Below, piece after piece: positions 11,255-22,713 of a DNA stretch of 64,000 nucleotides. Origin of the DNA: Macrostomum lignano. Its lineage: Eukaryota. The stretch covers positions 62,001 through 126,000 of the forward strand of contig NIVC01000572.1 of assembly GCA_002269645.1 (NCBI GenBank), written 5' to 3'. The stretch's first letter is position 1, and every line of letters begins with the position of its first letter. A program made the translations under genes and the position numbers. The notes below the pieces were generated by a model that worked only from the letters and a program-made list of their open reading frames with translations, did no database searches and was not told the DNA's origin.

Positions 11255-12491
11255 TATTCGCTTGGGGAGAAATTTCTTGCGGTTTCTAGAACTTTCTGTC
11301 AAACTGAGTTTTTTTAAAACAAAAAGCCAATTAAGAAACAAAATAATCACCATCACAATCAATCACCTTCTGCCATTTTTCGGGCAGACTCATGAATACC
11401 ATCACTAAAATTTCTCTGGCTTTGAAGTGAAAAAGTTGTTCAGCCAGTTATTGAGCTCTTCATCATCAGTGAAGGTTTTGTTGTTCAAGGCGTTGGCCAG
11501 AGACAAAAACAGATGAAAGTTGCTTGGTGCCAAGTCTAGTGAATACAGTGGATGGGGCACCTTCCTAGCCAAGGTCCAGTAGCTTTTGACGAGTCACCCT
11601 AGCAATGTGTAGATAAGCGTTATCATGGAGAAATCATACTAGGCCATGGTTTGGATGCTTCTGTGCGATGGCGGTGGCCAATCGATCCAGCTGTTGGCAG
11701 TATAGGTCGGCCGTAATCAATGTGTTGGGTGGCAGCAGTTCGTAGTAGATGACGCCCTTGCAGCCCCACCACACGCACAGCATGACCTTGCGTGGGTGGA
11801 GTCTGGCCTTTGGCTGCAGCTCAGGCGTCGCGTCAGCATCAACCCATAATTGTCAACGTTTGATGTTGATGTACAGGCACCACTTTTCATTGCCTGTAAT
11901 GATGGACTTCAGCCAGTTGTGTGTACACCTGTAAGAGAGAAGAGAAGTGGCCACCTCTGCCCTGCACTCCTTGTCCCAATCTGACAATTGGTGGGGTACC
12001 CATTGTGCTAGCTTGTACACCTTGCCCAGCTAATGCAAATGACTGGTGACTGTTTTATGGTCTATATCAAGGACTTGTGCTAACTCACGCGTGGTTTGCC
12101 GAGGGTCAGCCTCTACGAGTATGCACAGCCAGTCGTCATCAACCTCGGAGGGACGACCTGACCGGGGCAAATCTTTGAGGTTAAAATTTCCCTGGCAAAA
12201 CTGCACAAACCAGTCCTGGGCAGTGCATTCAGACATGGTACCTGCACCAAATGCAGCGTTAATATGGTGGCTGGATTCTGTGGCTGACAGTCCAGATTTG
12301 AAGTTGTAGAGCAAGAGACCACAAATATAGGCCCGAGAGGGATCCATAATGCTGGTGACTAGTGAGTAGTCTCTTTGGTTAAATAGCATGCTAGAATCAC
12401 ACACATACCCTCAATATATACCCACACAGCCAGGCTCTGGAATGTTACAGAAAGTTCTAGAAACTGCAGGAACTTTTTCCCCAACTGAATA
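11255..12491 (-). mobile_element. Full-length inactive mariner (Tc1/mariner, DD34D family) transposon, about 1.24 kb
   Basis: Imperfect TIRs tattcgcttggggagaaatttcttgcggtttctagaactttctg / cagaaagttctagaaactgcaggaactttttccccaactgaata; TA at the left flank; transposase pseudo-ORF about 12380-11350 with HTH, WVPHQL, ITGNEKW, FLHDNA and YSLDLAPSNFHLF; stops and a frameshift. Confidence 0.93.
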
Positions 12492-13614
12492 TTTATTAGT
12501 GTATATATTAAATAATTTTTGTATTAGAGAATGCAGTTATACTTAGACATATTATACATACATTATGTATTATGATACTTTGTAAAAGGTAAGGCCTAGG
12601 CCTAACATAATATTTGCTATATTATTGAGTTAAATTGCTTGAATAAAAATGCTTGTGTTAATGCTAGTCGCATATAAAAATATTATTTTATTATCAGTGT
12701 ATACATGTTTTTATATAGTGTATAAACTAGTAATCTAGTGCTCCCTTTAAGGTAGCTAAGGGCCTAATAAGGCCTACACATGGGACAAAATTTATTTATA
12801 TGAATCTTTCTTGCCTTGATATCTTGGCAATTCTCTTAATAAGCCTTGAAATCTTAACAATTCCTCCAGTAAGCCTTGAAAACATAGCAATTCCCCTAAT
12901 AAGCCCTAATATCTTAGCTATTCCCTTAGTAAGCTTTGGCATTTAGAATGTTTGACATGAGCAACTTTTATATTAAGCATTAATAATAACTTTTAATACA
13001 AAGACTATCCTACTAAGCTTCAAACATAAGTTGCCACATTAGTAGTTTAGTCTAGTTATATCTAGGCTAGTTCTCATTGAATTTATAAAATGAATTGTAG
13101 CACTTATAATCCAACATTCCTGCTAACCAGTTAGAGTAAATGTCACATGAAGCAGTTATGACATAATCACAATCTAAATTAATACACAATCTAATTTAAA
13201 TTGGTTACACAATCTAAATCAATTCTTGTGCTGTGCTTTCACATTGTGTTTTCAATACTGATGCAATTCAAGTTAGAACCTGGTGTAAAAGAAGAAAAAC
13301 TTTTATAAGTAACCAAAAAAAACAAACTAATACAAAGAAAACATTTAAATTTTTGTAGTTTAAGACAATGAGGTATGTTACATTTTTGTGGAAAACAATT
13401 TAAACAATGTCACACTAACTAGGTAAAACTTAGGTTGCATATGAGTGTTAAGGTGTGTTATTCAATATAATCCTAATACCAAAAAAATATTTCATTTATC
13501 CTCATGCAATCGATAAATCATACAAAACATTCAATACCTAATTTTTTTGGCTCTCGATATTTTAGCTTTAGTTATGTTACTGTTACATCCTTAATGCAGG
13601 CCAAGCCACTGACA

Positions 13615-16600
13615 ATGTCAGACCAAACACCAACCAGTAATGCCCACTTGGATGAAGCAGCTGAAGCATTGCTCGAATCGCCGTTAAATAAAGCTCGAAT
13701 CCCAGCTGCCCTGATGCCCAACAGGTCCAGTGTGGCCTGTCAGACTGGAGAAAATGGCGAGGACAAGAAGCGAAGGGGTCATCCATTGAGCTTCCTGGAT
13801 GCCGATCCGCAGGCTCTGGGCCAGGCCTATCCCAATCCGGCTATGGATAAAATGTTTCAAGACCTCGAGCGCACCATAATGGAATCTACTAAAGGCATTG
13901 ACGAGATGAACCAACGAATGGAGCAGGAGAGGAAAGATCAGGAGCGGGCTCGCGACACCAAGCACGTGCCGTTGCCATTGAAGAGCGCCGGTCGGAGCAT
14001 GGACAGCTTGATGGAGGACCTGTGCTCCATGATGTTTGACTTGAATGGCGACAGCGGTCGGAGGCCGAAGTTGCGCTACTTGGATCAGCGGGCCAACGCT
14101 GTGCTGTGCTGTCAGAGTCTGGCCGCTTGGCTGTCGAGTAGCGGGCTCGGGAGCGGCTTTGCTAAACGACTGCAGGTTGTGCAATTTCATTGGTTCTTAG
14201 TGATTGCCATTCCATTGATTGGGGTCTGCTTAATTTAGCTGCAAAATAAGAGGTATTATAATTGCATCTACACGCAAAGCTAACATATCTCTACTTTTGT
14301 AGGATTGCTCTACAGATTCTGTAAGCTTGTAGGATTGATCTACAGATTCTGTAAGCTTGTAGGATTGATCTACAGATTCTGTAAGCTTGTAGGATTGTTC
14401 TACAGATTCTGTAAGCTTGTAGGATTGATCTACAGATTCTGTAAGCTTGTAGGATTGATCTACAGATTCTGTAAGGTTGTAGAATTGATCTACAGATTCT
14501 GTAAGCTTGTAGGATTGATCTACAGATTCTGTAAGCTTCTAGGATTGATCGACAGAATCTGTAACCTCGTAAAATTGATCCACAGATTCTGTTGGTTCAT
14601 AGAATTGGTCTACAGAATCTGTGAAGGTTCATAGAGTTTGTCTACAGAATATGTAGGTTCGTAGAATTGGTCTACAGAATAACTATTTTTATTGCTTAAT
14701 CTCAATTTGATTCAGTAATGTCACTGATGCTACTATCAGTAGGGCTATTGAGGCAGTCGCTATAAATTTTCTTTCGCTTGATCCTCGCCGCACCCAGGCT
14801 GACCTATCGGAATGGATACCGAAGGTGTGGCGCCTCGGAGGCGGCCAGCTGGCCTTCCACATGGACAAGCGGGACAGTCTCGTGCTGGCCTGTCGCCGAG
14901 CACTGCTGTCAAGATTTCCCAACCTGCTGGAGACCGGATTCGAGTGCCTGTTCAGCAAGCCGCCAGTGATCTATCTGCATCCGACTACTTCAACAAGTCT
15001 GATGGATTATTTGTCTTGCCAATTGTGCTTGCCGAAGACTTGCTTTTGTATTGTGAGTGTCTTAGAATAACATTTTTTGTTATTGGCTCCCCCCCCCTTG
15101 ATCCTATCTCGGCGCCCCGTATAAATACCTATGTGGCACTCCTAGAAATCCCTATTTGGCACCCTTAGAAATCCCATTTGGTACCCTTAGAAATCCCTAT
15201 TTGGCATCCTTAGAAATCCCTATTTGGCACCCTTAGAAATCCCTATTTGGCACCCTTAGAAATCCCTATTTGGCACCCTTAGAAATCCCTATTTGGCACC
15301 CTTAGAAATCCCTATTTGGCACCCTTAGAAATCCCTATTTGCTATCCTTAGAAATCCCTATTTGCTATCCTTAGAAATCCCTATTTGGTATCCTTAGAAA
15401 TCCCTATTTGCTATCCTTAGAAATCCCTATTTGCTATCCTTAGAAATCCCTATTTGGCACCCTTAGAAATCCCTATTTGCTATCCTTAGAAATCCCTATT
15501 TGCTATCCTTAGAAATCCTATTTGCTATTTCCTATGCTGCCAGTGAGTGTTGCTAACCAAATTCCCCAAAACCAACAAAACCCCATCCGCAGTTGCCAGG
15601 CAGTTCGCACAACCCCGACTGCATCGATCATTCTGAATTGCAACGCTTAGTCGAGTCGGACTCGGGCGAAGGTCGAACTCCGCTATTCGTGCAGGCCATG
15701 TGCGGCACCCGCCTGACCGGCTCCTATGATCGGCTGGGCCGCGTGGCCGCCATCTGTCGGCAGCACCGGGTCTGGCTGCACGTCCAGGGCTCGAAGCTGT
15801 CCCAGCTGGCGCTTAACTCTGTACCAACTAGTTTGAGACCGTTGCTAGGCGGCAGCTCGGCTGTCTCTTCCTGTCTGATGGAGTTCGACCAGTGGCTGGG
15901 CTATCCGGGTCTGGTCAGCGCCACTGTGCTGCGGGTTGCTAGGGACGGCTCGCTGCTGTACAAGGTGAGGAAAGAGTACCGCCTGAATTGCTCAAGATAC
16001 GGTAGATACCGCTACTAATTCAAACAATAATTCGTAATTAAATTTAGTATATTGCAATACAGATTAGAAAATATAGCTAATTTCCTATTTTCTCTACTGT
16101 CAGTAGCGCAAATAGAATGTTGAATATATATTGAGAAAACACAAATTAATTTGAATAACTTACAGACAACAGATGAAGACGAAGCCTCCGCTAGCAAAGC
16201 CAATAAGCAGAGTGACAAAAGAACCACAGAAGCTGCGACGCCAAGCAACAACGAGAAGCCAAAAGGAGAAGAAGAAGAAGAAGAAGAGCAAACTGAGCAG
16301 CAATTTGGGCAGCAGAAGAAGCAGCAGCCGCTGACAGCCCCGGCCGATATTCGCTGCCTATCCTACCAGCCAATGTCTCTCCTGCCGCTCTGGTTCGCCC
16401 TGCAAGCGATCGGCTACGACAATATCCAAGCTCGAATTCGCAACGTCGAACAGACAGTCAAAGCCACTTTAACCGCGCTAAAAACGGCGCCAGATATTGA
16501 ACTGATAGAGCCGCAGTCTCTATCCGACAATGACCGAGCCGATATCAAAGCCAATAGCAACTTGCTAGGCCAGCTGTTGAGCTTTCTGATTGATTTTGAA

Positions 16601-19600
16601 TTCGCGCCAACTGTTCTGCTGTTCCGGTATTGTCCGCCCGAGCAGCGCTGCGAACTGGCTATTGGTAGCGGTGCTAATGAGGATAATGTGGCTAATAAAG
16701 CCGTTAGCGCAGCTAAAAGTACAAACCAGGCCAGGGCGCCCTATGCGCGCATCGGCAGTGACCGACGAGATAGCGGCGATGCTCATCACCAGCAGGCTAA
16801 AAATAAAACTGATGAGGAAGCTTTAGAAGCTGCGGAGAGCTCGTCTAAACCTGCCTATGATGATTCTGAAGACGCTCAAGTAGAGGTGAAGAAAAACTGC
16901 GTGTATTTTGACCAGGATAATCTCACTAGAGGGACCCAGGTTAATCTCCCCAAGAGATACCCAGGATAATCTCACTAGAGGGACCCAGGTTAATCTCCCC
17001 AAGAGATACCCAGGATAATCTCACTAGAGAGACCCAGGTTAATCTCCCCAAGAGATATCCAGGATAATCTCCCCAAGAGATATCCAGGATAATCTCCCCA
17101 AGAGATATCCAGGATAATCTCCCCAAGAGATATCCAGGATAATCTCCCTTTAAGATACCCAGGATAATCTCACTAGAGATACACAGGATGATCACACTAG
17201 AGATATCCAGAATAATCTCACTAGAGATACCCAGGATAATCTCACTAGAGAGACCCAGGTTAATCTCCCCAAGAGATATCCAGGATAATCTCACTAGAGA
17301 TCCAGAATAATCAATCTCACTAGAAATACCCAGAATAATCTCTTCTAGAGATACCCACGATAATCTCTCCCAAAAATACCCGGGATAATCTCCCCTAGAA
17401 ACACCCAGGATAATCTCACTAGAAATACCTGGGATAATCTCCCCTAGAAATACCTGGGATAATCTCACTAGAAGTACCCAAGATAATCGCCCCAGAAATA
17501 CCCGGGATAATATCCCTTAGAAATACCTGGGATAATCTCCCCTAGAAATACCTGGGATAATCTCACTAGAGGTACCCAAGATAATCTCCCCCAGAAATAC
17601 CCAGGATAATCTCCTCTAGAGATACCCGGGATAATCACTTCTAAAGTATCTGCTCACTCAAGCTACAATGAGCGCCAAATCAATCAATGATCAATGAATT
17701 CTTTCAGCGCTTGCAGCAGCAACTGGCCCAACGCCGTCTACTAGGAGAGAATCGCTGGCTAGTGGACAGCCTCCGCTCAGCGCTGCCTCATCTGCAGTCT
17801 CTGTCCGTCATCAAAATTCGCCTACGAAGCGGAGATACAGAATCGAACGCCTCCAGGTACTGCATCCGGTTCTGCCCGATCGAGTCGTGCGCCGACTGGC
17901 TGCCAGATCACGTTGACGGCCTGGCCGAAGCTCTGAGCAGTTCGCTTCGCCTGCTCGACTCTACTAGGCGAGCTCGATCGGAGTTTATAAAACTGGCCGA
18001 GGCTAGCGAAGGCCGATTGATGTACGTTGACATGCCCGACTGGCCTGGCCTTGGCGGCCTGCGCTATCGGCTTAGGCCGGAGGATTTCGGCGATGAAGAT
18101 GAAGAGGAGAAGCAGCAGGAGCAGGCTGAGACGGCAGATGGCGGCCCGACTGTTAAGGATGTCGGCGAGGAAAAGGTTGGTTTAATTTTTAAGTTTATTT
18201 CTCTAACTATGCTACTACCAATAGTTGCAGTTTGCTAAATAATATATTGAGCGTTAAAGTGTATCCTAATTTAAATTGAAATTTACTGTCATAACTCTGG
18301 GTTCAATCCCCACTTCCGGTGGTTTTGTCTCGCATAGAGACGCCTAACCGCAGTACCCCTGTGACACTTGTCTCTGCCTGGCTTGTAATGAGTTAGTAGG
18401 CTGGGTTGGAGGGTAATAGTCGATCAGGAAGGGCTGTGGGTAGCTGTATAGGAAGGCAGGCATATACCTGTTCCAGTTGGTGCTCTGACGGTCTCCCTCG
18501 GAGTGTCCTCTGAGCGAACAGCCAGCGACCCTATTAAAGCTGGAGTGTGCCAGGACCAGGACTGAGTCTGAGCAGGACGGGGCCGTTGGCACGGCCTAAT
18601 AGAAATGGCGGGTTAGTGAAGCAATGGGTAAAATAGTCCCGGCGATTAGCCCTCCTGCCGCTTCAAACATAAGAGACTGTCTGGCAAGAGTACCCGGGGT
18701 TTAGTTGGGGGCGAGGCTCCTTCGGGTTGCCACGGCCGTGGGGGGCGGTCATTTGACCGGTTTATTTGGCATTCCTAACCCAGGAGAAGGCACGGGCTTC
18801 CCTGATTGGTTCACTCAACCCCCTCTGGCCCCGGGGAGGTTTTGATTTGAGCTTGGAGTAGGCTTAACGCCCCGAAGGCAGGGGGTAGGGCCCGCCCTTT
18901 GCCCGACTGGTGTTGCCTGCTCAGCTTGTTGGCCACAGTCACTCTCACTCTAGCTTAGAAACCTTGTGTACATTCGTACACTCCCAATCTGGAACCCAAA
19001 TTATCTCTAGTGGCGTAAGAGCCTGCTCAATGGCTGAGGCGCCAGATTTACCTATTTTAGTTAGTTAGTTAGTCAATCCCCACTTCCGGTCGTTAGTTCA
19101 AGCTGGAATCCTTACTTCCGGCGGCTAGTTCAAGCTGCAACCCTTAGTTCCGTCACTAGGGCAAGCTGCAACCATACTTCCGGTTACTAAGGCAGGCTAA
19201 CCCTACTTCCGGTTGCTAGTTCAAGCTATCTTACAGCCCTTACTTCCGGTCACTAGTGCAAGCTAAAACCTTTACTTCCGGTCACTAGTGCAAGCTACAA
19301 GCCTTACTTTCGGTCACTAGGGCAATTACATCCCTTACTTCCGGTCACTAGTGCATGCTACAACACTTACTTCCGGTCACTAGTGCAAGCTACAACACTT
19401 ACTTCCGGTCACTAGTGCAAGCTACAACACTTACTTTCGGTCACTAGGGCCAGCTACAACCCTTACTTCCGGTCTGCTTCTAATGACCCTATGCTTCTCT
19501 CCTCCCCCTGATTTCAGCCATTCGTCGCCGCTGACTCAACGCCAGACGTCATCTCCGCCGAGGAAGAGGACGCCGTGAATCGCGACCTCGCCGCCGCCGT

Positions 19601-20009
19601 CCGCTCCATGGACGCCGGATTTGCCTGGTGCCCGGAGTCCGGCTGCCTGCGCTGCGGCCTTGTCCCGGAGGACGCCGACCTGCCGTCCTTAGTTCGCCGC
19701 GTTCTCGAAGCCGGCGCCGCTGCAGCCGACGCCAGACTGTGCGCGCGCCGTCTAGACGCCCTAGTTCGTCGACGAATTGCCGAGGCGGAATCGGCGCTCA
19801 GACGGGAGCAACAGCGTCGCCTAGCTGAGGCCGGCGCCCTTCGTCAGGTGCCGTTCCTTGACTCGGTGGTCAACTGGCTGTCGCCGCCAGCCAAGGATCC
19901 GGCCAAGGACTCGGGCGGTGCGGCGTTCTCGTTGCAGAGTGGCCGGCTGACATCGACCGAGCTCACCTACAAGTACAAGATGCAAGTGAACGGGGGGCCA
20001 AATCTGTGA
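13615..20009 (+). CDS. PDXDC1: Pyridoxal-dependent decarboxylase domain-containing protein 1; exons 13615-14175, 14798-15052, 15593-15964, 16166-16885 (or 16879), 17708-18175, 19518-20009; about 950 aa
   Basis: Colinear motif matches to human PDXDC1: KRLQADLSEW (TRILSDTTLW), CRRALLSRF...GFECLFSKPPVIYL, WLHVQGSKLSQLAL, LLPLWFALQAIG, NRWL, CIRFCP, LMYVDMPDWPGLGGLRY, EAGALRQVPFLDSVVNWLSP, FSLQSGRLTSTELTYKYK. All junctions are GT-AG and in frame. Confidence 0.92.
14297..14680. repeat. 30-bp minisatellite in PDXDC1 intron 1, about 12 copies
   Basis: Unit aggattgatctacagattctgtaagcttgt; degenerates toward the 3' end. Confidence 0.96.
15133..15528. repeat. 23-bp minisatellite in PDXDC1 intron 2, about 17 copies
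   Basis: Unit cttagaaatccctatttggcacc (variant ...tttgctatc); period 23. Confidence 0.96.
16911..17640. repeat. About 22-24-bp minisatellite in PDXDC1 intron 4
   Basis: Alternating variants ccaggataatctcactagagata / ccaggttaatctccccaagagata. Confidence 0.95.
18321..19072 (+). mobile_element. 752-bp non-coding retroposon (SINE-like or LINE-derived) in PDXDC1 intron 5
   Basis: Exact 18-bp direct repeat tcaatccccacttccggt at 18303-18320 and 19073-19090; ends in hairpin tggcg...cgcca plus an (ttag)n tail; GC-rich and structured; no credible ORF. Confidence 0.78.
19078..19474. repeat. 32-bp minisatellite in PDXDC1 intron 5, about 12 copies
   Basis: Unit caacacttacttccggtcactagtgcaagcta; core ACTTCCGGTC. 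Confidence 0.95.
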
Positions 20010-20277
20010 CTGATTTCACTTTTGTATCGATGAGTTTTTTCCTTTTTTCTCTTTATTTTACTATTAACTATTTCTCCTAATATAAGTAAAAAGGTTGCCT
20101 TGAAATGACCTTTACTTTTGCACTATATGACATTAGTAGCTATAGTACCTATATTTAGTATATTTAGCTTACTAGGTAGGTTCGGGTTCAGTGTTAGCTT
20201 ATAGCTTTGGTATTTCCGGTCCGTTCGGTTTAGATTGCAAATTAACTTTTTGACGTAGCCTTCTATAGCTTGATGCA

Positions 20278-21052
20278 TAACTTCCGGTCCATAGGTTCAG
20301 GCTGTAATATAACTTCCGGTCCTTAGGTTCCGTCTGTAATATAACTTCTGGTCCATAGGTTCAGGCTGTAATATAACTTCCGGTCCATAGGTTCCGTCTG
20401 TAATATAACTTCTGGTCCATAGGTTCAGGCTGTAATATAACTTCCGGTCCTTAGGTTCCGTCTGTAATATAACTTCCGGTCCTTAGGTTCAGGCTGTAAT
20501 ATAACTTCCGGTCCATAGGTTCAGGCTGTAATATAACTTCCGGTCCATAGGTTCAGGCTGTAATATAACTTCCGGTCCATAGGTTCAGGCTGTAATATAA
20601 CTTCCGGTCCATAGGTTCAGGCTGTAATATAACTTCCGGTCCATAGGTTCAGGCTGTAATATAACTTCCGGTCCATAGGTTCAGGCTGTAATATAACTTC
20701 TGTTTCATAGGTTCAGGCTGTAATATAACTTCCGGTCCATAGGTTCCGTCTGTAATATAACTTCTGGTCCATAGGTTCAGGCTGTAATATAACTTCCGGT
20801 CCATAGGTTCAGGCTGTAATATAACTTCCGGTCCATAGGTTCAGGCTGTAATATAACTTCCGGTCCATAGGTTCAGGCTGTAATATAACTTCTGTTTCAT
20901 AGGTTCAGGCTGTAATATAACTTCCGGTCCATAGGTTCCGTCTGTAATATAACTTCTGGTCCATAGGTTCAGGCTGTAATATAACTTCCGGTCCATAGGT
21001 TCAGGCTGTAATATAACTTCCGGTCCATAGGTTCAGGCTGTAATAAAACTTC
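20278..21052. repeat. 32-bp minisatellite downstream of the PDXDC1 stop, about 24 copies
   Basis: Unit aacttccggtccataggttcaggctgtaatat; period 32; no spacers. Confidence 0.97.
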
Positions 21053-22548
21053 TGATCTAATTCCAGTAAAGTTAACTTTTTAAAAAGCAACTGTAGCATG
21101 TCGCCAGTAATTTAGATATCTACCTGGACATGTTTATTCGTAATAAGTAGTTCGATTGTATCAATTTTTAACCGTATTTCCTATTTGATGTCTTATATAT
21201 TCAGCCAGATGTGTCTTAAAATTCCTAACTTCATTTGTTAATTTTTATTCAGTTAAATTTGTTATTCTTAACCGCTTTGTCCACGCAATATGATATTACT
21301 AAGCTGATCAATAATAACCAGTGTATGGTTGGCCTCAGTTGCACTTTTATTATTGCTTTGTACTGGATTTTTCTGGTCACAACCCCATAGGTTTGACTGC
21401 GAATGCTTAAAACAGCTGTAAGTAAGGATTTGAATCCTGAAGTTCCAGAGTAGGATTGTAGGAATTGGGTTTTCCGTGTTTTTTCTGTATCCAGATGCTT
21501 AGAAAGCACTCTTTCTAGGAAGTACTGGTACGTTCTTATTTAACAGAATTCAATTTTCCTTGTTTATGCCTATTTAATTTGCCTGTGATCTCACAATTCC
21601 TTTGCTTTATGGTAATAGAAAATATACAGAACGTGTGTGAGTTTTTAGTAGCTTGTTAAATTACGTAAAAAAAAAGGCACGTTAATTGTTTATATTAATT
21701 GTGAGTTCCTACTGTTAGTAGGAAGCAAAAACGGTACAGGATTTTAAGTCAACCAAGACAGTAAACATGACCAAACAAACAAGAGATAAAGCTGTCCGGC
21801 AATAAACTGGATTGCACCGCGCTTAGCGAAAATCGATAAACTAACCCTCCCCAGGGTTAGTTTACCCTTCGTCCCTTCACCCTCCCCATCTTCACCCTCC
21901 CCAGGCCACGCACACAGGCGAAGTGGTGGAATTAAAATGTTAAAGTTATTACAGTCAGCGGAGCCGGGGGTTAAAGAGAGAGGTTGGGTTGGGTTGGGGT
22001 TACGAGTAGCCAGAAAGTCCCTCAATAGCATTCATTTTCCAATCCAGACCAAGCGCTCGGGCTGGGAGAAGTGTTAACGATAATTATGTCATCAACTTGG
22101 GGAGTGGGTTAGCCAAACAATTAGTCAAAGCGGGATAATTTAATTGGCGCACAGCTAGGGCAAGGAAATCAGTTTAGTTATAACGTTGCTAAAATCAGCG
22201 TGGGTCAACGATGGATAAATTGATAATGTGAAGAATTGAAGTGGTCGGGGGGGTTATACGAACCAGCAATTAAATCGATATATCGATAATAGACGAAAAA
22301 TATCTGTTCGGTAACGAAATAACTTTTCTGCAGACTGGCATTAAAGTCACAGCATGTGCAGCTTAAAGTTAAATGACCAGGCGCAACCGGATTATCTCAG
22401 GGGTGGCCGGTCGGGGCTGGGGGTATGTAAAATATTTCAATTTGCATCAAGTCTACGAGCATCTCGTACTCGTAGCGTTTTTTATTTATCTCTAATGTAC
22501 ACATTAGAATTTCTGAATGTTTGAAGTACATGCGGTTATATGCATGTA

Positions 22549-22713
22549 CAGGGGCGTAGGGAAGGGGGGGTGGGGGGATGTATCCCCCCGAAGAGCCTGA
22601 CCAAAACTTTTTTGTTGCCCTTTGTTGCTATACATGCTACCATACCACGTGACTCTGTCATAGCACTTTTACCTTGGTGTATCCCCCGTAGGAAATTCCT
22701 GGCTACGCCCCTG
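22549..22713. mobile_element. 165-bp MITE with hAT-like TIR
   Basis: Perfect 11-bp TIR caggggcgtag ... ctacgcccctg; no clear 8-bp TSD. Confidence 0.7.

Noticed and set aside
14305-14634. ORFs inside intronic arrays (LIYRFCKLVG; also 16941-17468, 46034-47120, 52185-52415)
   Set aside because: They lie inside supported introns or intergenic arrays and are pure repeat translations.
18420-18610. HDV-like ribozyme in the 752-bp retroposon (ggctgt/acagcc, gtcctc, ctatta/taatag)
   Set aside because: I could not assemble the nested pseudoknot: no GG for P1.1 after the candidate P1 and no catalytic C in J4/2.
20278-21052. CRISPR-like 32-bp repeats (also 19078-19474 and 55930-56560)
   Set aside because: Units are contiguous with no unique spacers, there are no cas genes, and the context is spliceosomal eukaryotic DNA.
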